Source: Camelus ferus (Eukaryota). Taken from it: DNA of 64,000 bases. Positions 47,610 through 61,020 of the stretch are shown one piece after another. The stretch spans positions 7,068,001 through 7,132,000 of the forward strand of contig NC_045714.1 of NCBI RefSeq assembly GCF_009834535.1, written 5' to 3'. Within the stretch, counting starts at the first letter, position 1; every line of letters starts with the position of its first letter. The position numbers and the translations under genes were made by a program. The notes under the pieces are model-generated. The model was not told the DNA's origin. It worked only from the letters and a program-made list of their open reading frames with translations, and made no database searches.

Positions 47610-49809
47610 AAATGGAGAGAGGAAATCCTCATTGGAAGGCATAGATACTATTTGGATTAGTGTTTCAACAAATAGTTTGGCCATTTTGGGAAACTTACAT
47701 AGGCAAATTCTTATTTAATGGAGGCTTAAGTTTTGATAGAATAACCAGTCAAAAATGTGAGCTTCTGGGACGCTGGGGGTAGTAGCATACTGCTCTCCAA
47801 GGGGAAGTTACTTTACCTAAGCCCCTTCTACTCTGGAACTCAGTTCTTGTCAACTTCATTTGCTCACTGATTTAATACATAGCAATGGGTGCAGAGGAGA
47901 AATTTTCAAGTTCCCAGGAATAAATGGAATGATAATTTTGATGTCATTTTAAATTTAAGTGGGCTAGAAATTACCTATGGGGATTTTGTCTTCTTGTGTT
48001 CTCTCTTTCACTTTTATCTTGAAATGGTAATTTTCAAGGATGTCTTCATTCCTTTCAAGGACATTTATTGAGAATTTACCATATGTAAGACATTATGCTA
48101 AGCAGTGGCTTTATATGTATAATAGAACATTAAACAAGTTAGGAATAATGGGAGTGTAAACATAAAGCGATTTTATCTCCACTATCACTTAAAACTTTAT
48201 TGAACTGGGAGGGGTTCTCCTCTGCCTTTAGATGATTTTTTTGATCACTTACTTTAATGTAAATTTCTACAGTTACTCTAAGTTACTAAACACCAGTCTT
48301 AGTTCAGTAATTAGAATGTTTTGCACCATATAATAAGCCAATTTCTGAACCTGACTGAAATTGAATCTTCTCCTTCCCTTAGAGGTGCTCTCCAGGAAAG
48401 CTTACATATCCAGTAAATAGGAACATGGTAACTTTCTTCCTTCACTCTGTAGACACAAGTCTGTCCAAAGGGGCATCTGACCTTCTTCAGAGAATGGGGA
48501 TGGCAGACAGGTTGAGAGAGCAGAGGTTTTCAGGTTCCTGATACTGTCGTGAAATGCCTCCACAGTCTCCTGCCCTAGCACGTGTTTAAGCCGACTCTTT
48601 TCCCTGTGAGCATTGTCCTGCTTTCTTTGGAGATTCTTCTCCCATTGCTGGGAAATTTGCATGGAACCTTTATCTCTCCAGCTCCCCCACCCGACTTTGT
48701 CTTGCTCAGAGGCCAAGGGTTTCCCGTGATGAAACTCTCCTTGCTCAAGATATCCAGAGCCCCCATTCTTTTCTCAGAGGGTTTACAGGTACCACAGATT
48801 ATTGGGTTGCACTGTCTACATAGGGACATTTGGCACTAAGTCTCTTACATTATGCTCTGAGGTCCTGGAGACATCCCATGGGTAATAAATTCTCTCTTGC
48901 AGGTTCAGGATTCCAGAGTTCACTGCTTCACGTCTGATCCATTTATCTGTCCCCTCCTCCTCTTTTCCTATGGCCCTTGTCTGACCCCTGTTTATTGGGA
49001 GCCAAAAATTCCCCCTGAAAACATGCATCTAAATCTTCCTCTCAGAGTTAGTCTTGTGGCATCTTTGAGTGTTTGTTTTCGGTTTGGGAGAAAACGTTCC
49101 TTGGATGCCTGTGAGAGAACCGTGGGTAAGGGAGCTAGGCTGAAATAACAGAATAAGAGTTCAGGATCTAATTCTGCTTCAGACCTTGATTACAGGGTCA
49201 TCAAAGTTTTTCTAAGAGGTGTTATTTCTGCTGGTACTGAAGGATAAGTTTGTCTCTAAGGTAAAGTAAAGAAAAAGGATGTTCTTGACAGAAAGAATAG
49301 GGTACCAAAGGGAGGGATCTGAAAGTACGTTGAAATGTTTGTAAAAATGGCCTCAGCTTTAGAATGCCTGGCTGGGAAGGTCCTTAATGAAAAAGCATTT
49401 GGCGTGTGGAGTCAAAGGGTTTGGCATTTACCCAGCAGTCCCTGGGGACTCTTTGGAACATTGTAAACAAGGAAACAATGTGTTCCAGAAAGACAGTGAC
49501 ACTTAGGAAAAAACTAACAAAAGACGTGTAAAAGATGGATGGAGAAAATGACAAAGCATGAGTGAAGGAAAGGAAGCAGGCACGTGGAAAATAGAGAAAT
49601 CTTAAAGCCCTGGCTGCTGACCTCCATGGTTGTGTTATTCGTTGGTCTGGTTTTCACGTCTCTTTTTTCTCTTGATTACTTTCGAGCTAGATGTGGAAAG
49701 GGGAGGAATGGAAATAAAACTTCTTTAATTGTTTCCTCTTATCCCTACTCCTCTTCAGTGAGTTGTTGAAAAAGTTAAAACCAAACCAAACCAAACCATT
49801 TGGGCTTTA

Positions 49810-50030
49810 GAAGTAAATGGGAGACAAAAAAGTTGCCAAAAAGGATATGTATTTGTATATTCACTTGTAAAATAAATGAATAAATAAATAGATAGTACAT
49901 GGAAAAAAGTTTGGAGGAATATACACCAAACTGTGAATATTTGTGTTCTGATGTATTTTCAAGTATTATATCTGAAATACAATATTTCAAAAAATAATAA
50001 GTACATACTACTTTTAGAACCGGAAAAAAA
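49810..50030 (+). mobile_element. L1ME3-like 3' end
   Basis: aaagtttggaggaatatacaccaaactgt. Confidence 0.55.
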
Positions 50031-50099
50031 GTGTGTGTGTGTGTATTCACATGCACACCCCTATGAAGATGTCACACTTAACAACAACATCTGAAGCCC

Positions 50100-50530
50100 T
50101 ATCCAAAGGGGCCCCATGGTCCTAAATGATTCCACCCTCACTCTCTCTGCCCTAACTTCTTCCTCTCTTCCTCTGGTTCACTTCCCTGCAGTGCAGTGGC
50201 CTCCTTGCTCCTTCCTGATCCTGTCAAGTGCACTTCCACTTCACAGCCTTTGCATCTGCCCGCATTTGTGGCCCCAGGTATTTGCACGAGTCCTTTCTCC
50301 ACTTCAGTTAGGCCTCTCACATCATTACTTCAGAAAGGTTTCTCTAAAAGTACTCATCTCTTAACCTACTTTATGTTTCTTCACAACACTTATCCACTAC
50401 GTTATATCCTGTCTACTTATCATCTATCTATTGTCTATCTTCCATCTCAATCTATCAATGCAATCTCTGTGAAGACTTTTCCTAGAATAGTCTCTGACAC
50501 ATCACAGGAACTCAATAAATGGCTGTTGAA
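50100..50530 (+). mobile_element. L2
   Basis: cttccacttcacagcctttgcatctgccc...acatcacaggaactcaataaatggctgttgaat. Confidence 0.7.
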
Positions 50531-50705
50531 TAAAGGAGTAAATATATATAAATATATAGGAATCCTTTGCTTGTAAACAGACAGCAATTTTGCCTTTGTG
50601 CAGTAAGGGTTGAGTTGCGGAAAATATTTGAGATTCTGTACACCCAATTTATTGCAGCTCAAAAAAAATGTCAATCATTCTTGTTTTGAAAACTTTCTTC
50701 CTACA

Positions 50706-50943
50706 GGACAGAGTTTCTCCACCTTAGAACTCTTGAAATGTTGGGAGGAATAATTCTTTGTTTTGAAGGCTGTTCTGTGCATTGTAGGATGTTTAACAGC
50801 CTCCTTGGCCTCTACCAATTAGATGCCAGTAACTCCTCCCTCCCTGTCCCCCACCAGTGGTAACAACTGAAAATATCTTCAGATGTTGCCCAATGTCCTC
50901 TGGGGGTCAGAATCCTTCCCCTTGCTCCCATGGAGAACCACTG
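50706..50943 (-). mobile_element. MER20
   Basis: ctgttctgtgcattgtaggatgtttaacagcctccttggcctctacc...agatgttgcccaatgtcctctggggg...gagaaccactg. Confidence 0.85.
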
Positions 50944-51689
50944 CTACAGGAGAAACCCAGAATCAAATAGCTCTTCACCTAAAAGTATACAGGGCATCAT
51001 ATTGAGGTAGACAGGGTAAATTTTGAGCTACTACTATGCTGCTGGAAGGGAATGAGCTGAAAATTCTGTCATGGATTCTTATACTTTAATGAGAGTTACT
51101 CAGGTCTCAGTACCTCTCTCCTTTTTGGTTTTCTTGTTTAGTATAAATGCAATCCAATTTAATCTGCATATAAACACATCCATTGCATACTAAAATCAAC
51201 ATATTATAAACATCAGGCTGAATGCGTTCTTGAAGTAGCAAACTAAAAAATTTCATGCATATTAATATCACAGATAAGCCAATTATTATATGGAGTAGTA
51301 AATAAAAAACAATATGATTAATCTAAAACTGGAAGCTTCATAAAGCAAAATATATGATATTAAGATTAGACTGCTTTAGAAACAGTATTATGAATCCTTG
51401 CATTTTACATGTAATTTGTTTAAAGTTAATTTCCCAATGTGCCGTCTTATTTTTGTTTCACCTAGACCTGCATTAATAAGTTTTCGGAAACACTGATATT
51501 ACTTAAAATCACAACACAGAGGAGAAACCATTTCTCTGCTCTTAATTGAAGCAAAACACTGGTTAGCTTCACAGTTCTTAAGGCCCTGAGGACTTCCAGG
51601 TGAGCTGGAATTCTTGATTACACGCTGGAAGGGAGCAGCCATGCAGCTGACCTGGTTTATTAAACAAGCAGCATTTCTGGCTGCCTAAT

Positions 51690-51940
51690 AACAGTAACAA
51701 TAATAATAGCCTTCATAATAAAGACAATACAATTTTTGAGCATTATGTGCCAAGCCCTTAACATTATGACTTCTTAATTCAATCCTTACAACTACCTGGA
51801 AGTTTGGTATTATTATTATTAAACCCCAGTTTATAGAAGGAGAGACTCAGAGGTAACCTGCTTAAGGTCACATACCACTAGTTAAGTGTGGAGGTGGGCT
51901 TAGGACTCAGGCCTGGCAGACTCCAAAATCTCAAGTTAAA
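51690..51940 (-). mobile_element. MIR
   Basis: ccccagtttatagaaggagagactcagagg...aaggtcacata. Confidence 0.7.
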
Positions 51941-52149
51941 CATTATACCCCTCTCTGTAGAGATAATTAGCAGCCTTACGTTATCTGAATTGCTATAGTT
52001 GGTATTAAATAGATTTTCTATGTGGATAACTTGTCAGTTTGTATATTGTCATCCATAATATGTCTTTTCACAAGATCAAGTGGACTCTAGCAGAGAAAAA
52101 TATGCCACAGATACTTACCCATTTTAGCTTTAAAATACAAATTATAGAC

Positions 52150-52520
52150 TTAGGGAAAATGGCTAGACTGTGAGAAGGGAGACATCCAGTGAGAAGGCTG
52201 TTGGAATGGTCTAGACAAGAGAAGATGGCGGCCTGGAGTAGGCAGTGGCAGAAGCAAGAAGGGAAGAGATCTTTGAGCCGTAGGACTGGCAGGGCGGGGT
52301 GACTGGGATGCTGGGAGTAAGGATGAGGGAGAAGAGAATGGTGCTAATTGTCTGCGTTGTCCTCTCCTCCCTTTGTTGAACTTGGAGGAGGGGGTGTGGC
52401 GGGAGACGGTGCAGCGCCTTCAGGACAATGAAGTGGGGATGTCTTCCAGGCAGCTGGGCAATGGGTTGCTCTGCTAGGCTACTTTTCACTATCATCCTTG
52501 AACTGAAGATGCTTCCACAG
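52150..52520 (-). mobile_element. L2
   Basis: gaaggctgttggaatggtctagacaagagaagatggcggcctggagtagg. Confidence 0.65.
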
Positions 52521-54159
52521 ACTTCATTCTTCTTTACCGCAGTGTGACAACAGAAGGGTAAAAACCCACACCTCCAGCCCAGCTCGGCCCCTAGGCCACC
52601 AGTTTGCCACCTCTGCTTTATCGCACAACTTCCTCTGGGGCCTGAACCATAGCCTCCCCACAGAAGACAGGCTGATAGACGGGAATGGAATTTAATTTTG
52701 GTCAAAGAACTCCGAAGCATTTTCCATACGTAAAACTTATGGGCTTATGATTTTTTAAAAAAAATAATCCAAAGGCTATTTCCTGTTGTTGCTGTATATT
52801 TCTTTGCCTTTGTGTGCACATTGGTAACATGCCCTGAATGCAGAAAAGCCATAAACTAGGTCATTTCCTTGGACAAGGAAGTTCTCCGAAACAAAAGCAG
52901 CAAAAAATTCATCATTTTCCTGCTGAAGAAGTACATGCTTTTCCCCTGAAACATACATACGGTTTGGTAGAATTAAAAAGCAAGTCTGACAAAAAAAGCT
53001 AAATGCATGTAGTTTAAAAATTTTAATCACGTTAGTTTAAGCAGAAATCCTCAATCGGTTTTCCTGCAGGAACACAAATCAACTGCTTAGCTTCCCTTAA
53101 AACAATGTTGACCTCTACAAGGAAAGCAGTTATTTGTTTTTATTTTTTTATCCTTCCCTTCTGGGTGTTTGTGCTTTTCTTTTCCTTTTTTTTTTTCATT
53201 TTACAGAATTTAATAATGGGCCAAGTAACAAATGAGGAGATAAAAATATTCCTGAACACTCTAGGGCAACTGTGGGTATGTAAACAGACACTATAGCCAT
53301 TCCCTCAAGTTGCATCATTTGCCTGAGTATTTGACTTTATAATTTGAACTCCCTGCTTATTACCAAATTTACCTTGTATATGTGTGTCTCTGCCTGAATC
53401 CAAGTCAATGACAGGCTCAGAATATAAAATGCCAAATTATCTGTTTCATCTGCATTTCTGCCGATCTATGTATCTGTCCGTGCATTGATCTATTTTCACA
53501 TCGTCTGTCCAAGGAAGACATTTCTGTGTCTTTGTCTTTCATTCCTTCTTGTTGACTGAGAGCTGGTCCTCCCCTCTATTTCAGATTGCCCTCTCTTCTC
53601 ATTGGCAAATGCTCGTGGTATAGATATTTCCTTTATTATTCCCTCTAAACTTCCTTTGTTCCCATCTCTGTCTTTTATTATTCAACTGTGTCGTCAGAAA
53701 CTGACTGCTTAGCCCGCCAATTAGCCTTTGTCGCCGCCAGCCTCAGCCTCCGAGGTGTGAGTGCATGGCCCTATCTTGTTGCACGGCTGTGCGCCTACCT
53801 GGAGACGTGCCAGTCACCGACAGAGGAGCAGTAGATGGGCTCGGTCAGCTGCTGACAAAACTTCCCGTTGTGTGTGTGGTGGGGGCGTGTGCAGGCCAGG
53901 ACAGGAAAGGAGACCAGGTCCTGACCACCTCACTGAAAAGCAAATTTAACTTACAAGGTAATTTTTCAACTCTATACCAAGATATCAATGCTTCTGAAAT
54001 GGTTTCCACATGAACATTGTCTACCTGTGTTGGTGAGTGCAAATGGGATGGGGGGGTCACAGTGAGAGAAATAACCCCCATTTTCTGCCTCTTGGTTACA
54101 TCTGCCCAGCTCTCCACCATCAACTGGTCCCCTCCCCAGTGAATATTTTGGGGTACTCT

Positions 54160-54560
54160 GCAGGGAGACACAAGTGAGGTACTCGCCTTGGGTTCAGAAT
54201 TTGAGGGGGCCCCCTAAACCCCATAATTAAGATAAATAATTTAAAGGAATATTTTAAAAAATCAAAGTGAATGCAAAGAAATCTACAATGAACAAAATGT
54301 GGAAAATTTTCAATGAAGATAGGGTCTACTGACTGTCATTCCCTGATACCTCAGGCTCCAATGTGGCTTGGCTCTGCAGTGCTATTACTGACTCTGGCTT
54401 TAAAATTTTGATGTTTTGTTCATTGTGGATTTTTTGCATTCATTTTGATTTTTAACAAGATTGCATTAAGAGATTATTTATGTTGATGACTGAGTTCTTT
54501 AACTGTGCACCTTGAATTCGGTCCCCAAGGTGAGTGCCTCACTGGCCTTATCCCGGTCCC
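54160..54560. mobile_element. hAT-Tip100-like palindromic MITE
   Basis: gtgaggtactcgccttggg...aatgaacaaaatg inverted with ttttgttcattgtgg...ggtgagtgcctcac. Confidence 0.65.
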
Positions 54561-55129
54561 TACCCTGAGGGTTCCTCATGTGGGTTCACGTGTAATTCTG
54601 CTCCTGTCAGTGGCCTTCCTGTCGCTAATACCATTGACCCACGTGCACTCAGGGGCGCACTGTGGGAGCTGCTGGGCAGAGCCTGAGTACAACTCCTTCT
54701 CTGAACAATTCCTTCTTGTGGAGGGAATACTGAGAAGTTGGGTTTTCAAGGTGCCAAGATGTGCTCTATTATGTGGAGGGGCCCCCTGTAATCCTGTATG
54801 ATAGAGGGGTCCCCTGAAGTCTGCTGGACCCCCATGTCTTACAGAGTTCCTGTGCCTGAAGCATCTTCAGTTTTTACTTGCATTTTCCCGGTTCTCCATC
54901 AGACCTGGGGACAAATCCAAGAGCCCAAAAACACGTTGTATTCAGAATCATGCCTTCTCTTAGGTGACTAAAGCTTTTGCACTGGGCCAGTCTCACCGTG
55001 TTTGAATGCCCACTCCTTTGGGATGACTTCTCTTCCAGGATGTGCTTCAGCCTCCCTGCAGGTTTTTCCACCTGTGAACCAGACATACCCCCCCACCCCG
55101 CCATCACCCTCATCACCTTCATCACTATC

Positions 55130-55330
55130 GGTCTACATTTATCGAGTGCAAAGCACACCGTTTCCCATTTAATCTTCACAAAAACTCTGTTTGGTGGGAA
55201 CAACGATTATCTGCCTTTTGCCAGTGAGGAAGCTGAGGACCCAAGGCGTAAATTCCCTGGCATCCTCTTGCTTGGAAGCAGTGAGGCTTGGATTTGAACC
55301 CACATCTCCCTCATTCTAGATTTTGAGCTC
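55130..55330 (-). mobile_element. MIR
   Basis: ttgccagtgaggaagctgagg...ggatttgaaccca. Confidence 0.65.
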
Positions 55331-55416
55331 TTAACCTCTCCTAGTCTTGCATTTGCCTTGTAGACTTCTGTGGAGTCTCAAAAGCCAGGAAGCTTTTTCA
55401 GAACTTTATTTGCTCT

Positions 55417-55449
55417 ACACACACACGCACACACACACACACACACACA
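55417..55449. repeat. (CA)n microsatellite
   Basis: Seen directly. Confidence 0.9.
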
Positions 55450-56839
55450 ACACTGCCAAAGTTCTGGTTCTCTGCCCCTGGTTAATACTGTGGTCCTTGG
55501 TCATACTGGTGATTAAAGCAGAGAAGCTACCCTGAAAAGAGTTCAGCCTGGTAACAAAATTAAACATCTTATCAGTGAGAGTTGTTGGCTGTAAGCAACA
55601 GAAACTAACTCTGGTTAACTTAGACAAAGCCTAGATTTATTAAGAGAACACTGGCTTCTCACAGATTAGGAGAGTTAGAGACTCAGGTGCAGGGGCCACA
55701 TAACATTTGGTTCCAAAGCCCTTTGCCCTGTCTGTTTAACTATTTGCCTCTCTGCGGATGTGCATTTGTGGAATACATACCCTCAATGAGGGGGTCACCA
55801 GGGAAATTCAGTAAGAGGTGATAAATCCCTCCAATGAACATCTTAATTTGGAATCGCATCCCTTCCTCAAATAACAAAATCCAATGACTCAGAGAAGCTG
55901 AATAAGTTGCCCTAGGTCACAACAACCCTATACTAGTTCCCTTACAGAGATGAAAATATTGCAAACTACTGAATTTAAGAAACTTGCCTAAGGTTTCATA
56001 GCCCATAAGAGATAGACCCAGGATTTGAATCCAGACTATCCACTTCCAGACATCAGGCTTATAACCATCTGAAAAATAGTTTTTTAAACACCAAATCTAA
56101 AAATACATTTAGAAACTTTTGAAAGTTTAAATATATCTTTAAACGTGTGTCAGAATACATAGCCTATGCTGCCTGGCTGAGGGGTAAATGACTTTGCTTT
56201 TGATATTGAGCTCGTCATTTAATTCTTACAATGTTGCTTAAAAACATCCCCATGTATATAGCATCCAAGAGTTTTGTTTTTTTTTTTTTAATGTTCATAA
56301 CTACTTATATTTACAAGCAGGATTACCTTTTGGGATGTAATTTCTAGAAGTTTACCATCTGTTATGGAAAGGAATTGAGAAATGTAAAAACATTGCTTAG
56401 AATATGGCAATTTAAGTGTATCTGTGAGTTTAGGACAACTGTCAGCCTTGGATTTCGCAACCACCCTGAAATCTCAGTTTCCCAGGCCTCAGCAACCAGG
56501 AGTCATAATAGAATACTGGTCACTCACCTGCATCATAGCCTCACCTGAATCATAACACAGCTCCTGTAACCCACCTTCTTCCTCAAGCATTTCTGAGAGT
56601 TCCAATGTGCAGTCTCCCAGGTACTCCTATAAAATACAGGATCACTATTTATCCAGCTTCTGTTTGTGGGAACTGCTCCCATGAAAGGGTTGAGACAAGA
56701 GGATGTGCGTGTGTGTGGGTGTTTATTTTCTCCTCTTGATCTCCTTGTATCTTCCCATTCTCCATCTCCAACTCCCATCAGGGACCCACACAAAACTGGG
56801 TCCTTGCAAGTTTCTTCCTCCTCAACATGTGCATAGATT

Positions 56840-57290
56840 CTGTCTTATTTAGGGTTCTCCCAGGAGCAGAACTTGAAATAAAGGTTTAAATGCAGGTCAT
56901 TTATTGGGGAGGTGACCAGGAAATACTGAGAAAGGGGTAATGAGTGAGATAGGGAAGGAAAGTTGCATCATCAAGACAACTACCACCATGGGAAACTGGG
57001 GTTTAATGCCTCCTGGAAAACTCTGGAAGCCAGTGTAGAAAAATGCCTCACAGTTGCACCCCTTAAGGAGGGTGTTGGGGTATTTATACACTAACATGGT
57101 CAGCTGCTTCTGGAGGAGTAATAATTGCTGGTTCTTCTGATCTATCATGTAAATGGTCAACTGGTCTCCAGAAGCCAAATACATCTCTCAGGCTAAGAAA
57201 TGCAGGTGCTGCTGGCTTTGGATATAGTGCCATTCACTCAGGTGAAAAGGGCCTGGCCCTGAAGTGGTGGGTACAGATGCCACAGGGCTG
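56840..57290 (-). mobile_element. LTR16/LTR41-like ERVL LTR
   Basis: tgtcttatttagggttctcccaggagcagaacttga...tttattggggaggtgaccaggaa. Confidence 0.7.
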
Positions 57291-58039
57291 CCCACTTCAC
57301 TTTCTTATCAGAGAGTTTGCATGTTTCTGTGCAACAATGGCCTTGACTCAAGAAATTCCAAATTACCCATCTTCCCATTTCAAAGTCAAGAAAACATTGA
57401 AAGATAATGTTAACGCAAAGCTATTTTGCTAAGAGTCGTGTTTGGTTGTTTTTCTGGAACTGTCTCATACCAAATATTTCAAATAAGTAGGAGGACATTT
57501 TCTTGCCCCCTACCTCTCCCACCCCTTTTATGAGATGCTGCTTACATTCATTTGCCACGTTTGTCTATTTCCAAGTGACAATAAGAAGAGTAAATCACAC
57601 AGCTTCAGTTTTTATTTTGTTTTTTTTTTTTTTTTGGCGTATTTTTTCTCTTACCTCTGCTATTACTAGTGTTTCTATTTATTTGAATTAGAATTTAGCT
57701 TTTTACTGAATTCATTTTCTTTCTGTGGAATTTTTTATAAGCTGTGTTAAGGAACTCATGGAATTTCTATATCAGAAATCAATAAGCTAGAAAGAATACT
57801 TTTTTTTTTTTTCAGTCAAGATGGTGTGTGCCATCCAGGCTTGGATCTGTAGGCTAGAATTCATTTCAAAGATCAGGCAAATGAATCATCAAGGCAAATG
57901 AAGCTAAATTTTATTATTTGGAATCATTCCAGTTCTAGTACCTAAATACTGAACATTTACTTAATTTTTTTCACTATCATAGTCTGGTCTTTCCTTTTTA
58001 TACACCAGCTGCTAACACCACCAGCACCAATAATAGCTA

Positions 58040-58270
58040 GTATTAGACAGCGCTGCACTGTTTCCAAATGTTGGGGTCCCTGCTCTGCCTCTGCTGGCTG
58101 TGTTATCTGGGCTGAGCTGCTTTACCTCATCAATTTCTTTGTATGTAAAGTGGGCATGATAATAAAACCCAATTTATACGTCATTGTATTTATTAAATAG
58201 GCTTAAATGTATATAAAATGCTTAGTCCAATGTCTATAACATAGTAAAGCACTTGATCAATGTAAGCTTT
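58040..58270 (+). mobile_element. MIR
   Basis: gtaaagtgggcatgataataaaacc...aaaatgcttagtccaatgtct. Confidence 0.6.
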
Positions 58271-59209
58271 TATTACAAAACACTGACACAGACACATTTT
58301 ATTTAAATAGAAGTGATATTGTTGACTCGTGAGTCTGTATGTGCATCTAATCTTGAATTATCAGGTGACTAATTGATGGCTTGTGTGCATATATATGTGC
58401 CATGGAGTCGGTAAACAAATGTATATACATTTATCATCTGAGTCGTGTTCTCATCCCAACACCTACAGTCTTAATTTTGAAATGATAATTATATCACAGC
58501 TCACTGGGTGCACGTGGCAGTGTATCTAAGAGCCTTCTCGATCAATATTGACCTTATTTTATCCTGAGTAGCTTTACTTCCCTGTGTTGGTGTGTGAACG
58601 TCTGTGAATCTTCTCAGTAAATGAAGTCCTAGTAACATCTAGAGAATGCAATGAGATGATGACTCTGAACTAAATCTCTTTGGCCCTATACCCTGTCCCC
58701 TCCATTCACTGCTGCGGCTCACCTTGGGCAGAAAGGGGAATGGCTCTTCTGTTTAAGGCTCAAGAAGCAGAAGGGGGAAAAAAAACCGATAATAGGAGTA
58801 GCTAACAGTTACTGAAAAGTCCCCATGTGTAAGTACTTCATAGCAAATCCCTTACTCCCCTGTGGAGTCCGGACCTTCATTCCTGCCATCCCTGATTGAT
58901 GGATAAGGCGCCTGGCCGAGTGAACACCCCTGATGCTGAATACATGGCAGGGCCAAGACTGCAGTCTTGATGGTCAGCTCTAGCTTGCCATTTAAGAAAA
59001 ATATATTTTGATTTCTGGAATAATTTTGATTTCCAGAAGAGTTACAGAGATAGTACAAGCGTCCTGTTTCACCACTGCCTTTTACTGTCTCTAAGATTTT
59101 AAGACTCTAAGATTCTAGCGAACCATGTCAACTTTCTCACCAGCTCATCTAGCTTTTTGGCTGTAGATCTGTCCTCTGATTTCTTACATTCAAGGCCCTG
59201 TCAGAGAAT

Positions 59210-59560
59210 ACAACGCAGAATTTATTCTTTCACTTAACAAACAATGATTTGGTGTTTTCTATGTGCCTTGCAGGGAGCTAGGGACGAGGCGGTGAGCAAT
59301 GCAGTCCTGCTGATTGTCCTTTGGGGAAAAAGACGTTGTGCACACACACACATGCACACACACTCAGCTGAGTCTCAATTTACAAGGAACAAACACTGAA
59401 TTTTGGTCTGTGAGGTGCAGGGTGGGGAAAGGCTGGTAGGAACTGTTTCCCTAGGAGGTGACGTTTGAGTTGATACTTTGAAGGGTGAATGGTAAAGGTG
59501 TGGGAGGGGAGGACTGTTACAGGCAGACAGAGCCTATCCTACACAGACTCTGGCATCTGC
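59210..59560 (-). mobile_element. L2
   Basis: ttcacttaacaaacaatgatttgg...gaggtgacgtttgagttgatactttgaagggtgaa. Confidence 0.65.
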
Positions 59561-60025
59561 CATCAGCTTTCATTTAATGAGTTTCTGGCTCAGAAAGGTG
59601 AAAAAAATTTCATTTCTTAGAATGCCTGGGCAGGTCCTTTGAATTCTTCAAACTCCTTTTTAGGTTTTACCCTCTCTGTGATTTTCCCCTTGGCTCACTC
59701 TCTCCTCCCCAGAATTAACCACTTTATCCTACTGAATATGCTCTTACAACCTCGCACAAACACCTTTAAAATTACTTTCCTGAAAATATTTTTCTCCTCT
59801 ACCATAGTGGTTGCTCCTTGAGGAAGATCTGCTATTTATCTTTTATATCTCCAAACAATGAGTACATAGCATTTATTTAGCAGCTACTATGCATCAGACA
59901 CTTTGCTATATCTTTTCATGCAATATTTTGTGCATTCTTCAGGACAAACCTGTGCAATTGGGTTATTCATGCCCGAGCATTCAATTAGCAAACACTTATT
60001 CTGTACCACCCATTGTGTCTACTCT

Positions 60026-60228
60026 AAATCAGGGTCAAATCTGGTCCTCTGCCTGTTTATGTAAATAAAGTTTTATTGGAACACAGCCATGGTCAGTCAT
60101 TTACATACTGTCTATGGCTACTTTCATGATGCAACAGCAGAGCTGAGTAGCTGTGACAAAGATCACGTGACCCACCAAGTCTAAATATTTACTATCTAGG
60201 TTTTTATAGAAAAGGTTTGCTGACCCTG
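60026..60228. mobile_element. MER58A
   Basis: gtaaataaagttttattggaacacagccat...gcagagctgagtagctgtgaca...aggtttgctgaccctg. Confidence 0.85.
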
Positions 60229-60302
60229 ATGTAGAAACTTGGGACACAGGAGTGGGAAAAATTAGACAAAAATCTTTGCCCACCAGGGGCTTACATAGCA
60301 CT

Positions 60303-60690
60303 TGTAGCAGAGATTGCTAACTGTCCAAAGCATCCCTGAGCAATAGCTACACTACGTTTTCCGGCTTCTCTTGCAGTGGGGTGTGGCCATATGACAATTC
60401 TAGCCCGTAGAATGTGAGTAGAAGTGATGCGGGCCACTTCCAGGCCTTGCCCATAAAATCTATATGTAATCTTCCATGGTTCTTCCTCTTGGTTGGAGAT
60501 GCCTCTTAAAGACATTCTATCTGCCATCCTGGCCCTGAGTGACAGCATGGAACTGAGGGCCTCCTTTCCTAACTACAGACACACCAGTCTGGAACCACTC
60601 GGTACTGCTGCATCAGCAAGAAATAAGTGTCAATCACGTTTGAGCCATTTTATAGTTCCTCCAACTATTACAGTTCTATTATTAGCCTCA
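60303..60690 (+). mobile_element. MLT1G/H-like LTR
   Basis: tgtagcagagattgcta...ggccatatgacaattctagcc...agaagtgatgcgggccacttccaggcc. Confidence 0.7.
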
Positions 60691-60739
60691 TTTTACTGCT
60701 ACTATCCCCATTTTATCATGGCCTGACAGAGGTATATTC

Positions 60740-61020
60740 TGTCTCAAACAAAACCTACGGGACAGGTGGACAGGGGTGTTCCATGATGTCCACCATGACC
60801 TAGATTCCTTCTCTCTTGTGGCTCTGGCATCTCCTAGAATGTTGCCCTTGACGCTGTCAAGCCTGGCTCATCACTGCCACCTGCGGAAAGGGGTGCACAG
60901 GTCGTATATTTCACTTCTCACTTCCACTCATATCCTCTTAGCCAGTGTGGAGTCACATGACGACATAAGGCTCAAAGGGAGGCTGGGAAACATGTTCTCC
61001 AGCTGAGTGACCATGGGCCC
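60740..61020 (-). mobile_element. MLT1J/K-like LTR
   Basis: agtcacatgacgacataaggctcaaagggaggctgggaaacatg. Confidence 0.6.

Noticed and set aside
52211-52720. 169-aa minus-strand ORF
   Set aside because: Largely L2-derived, non-ATG start, no recognisable domain.
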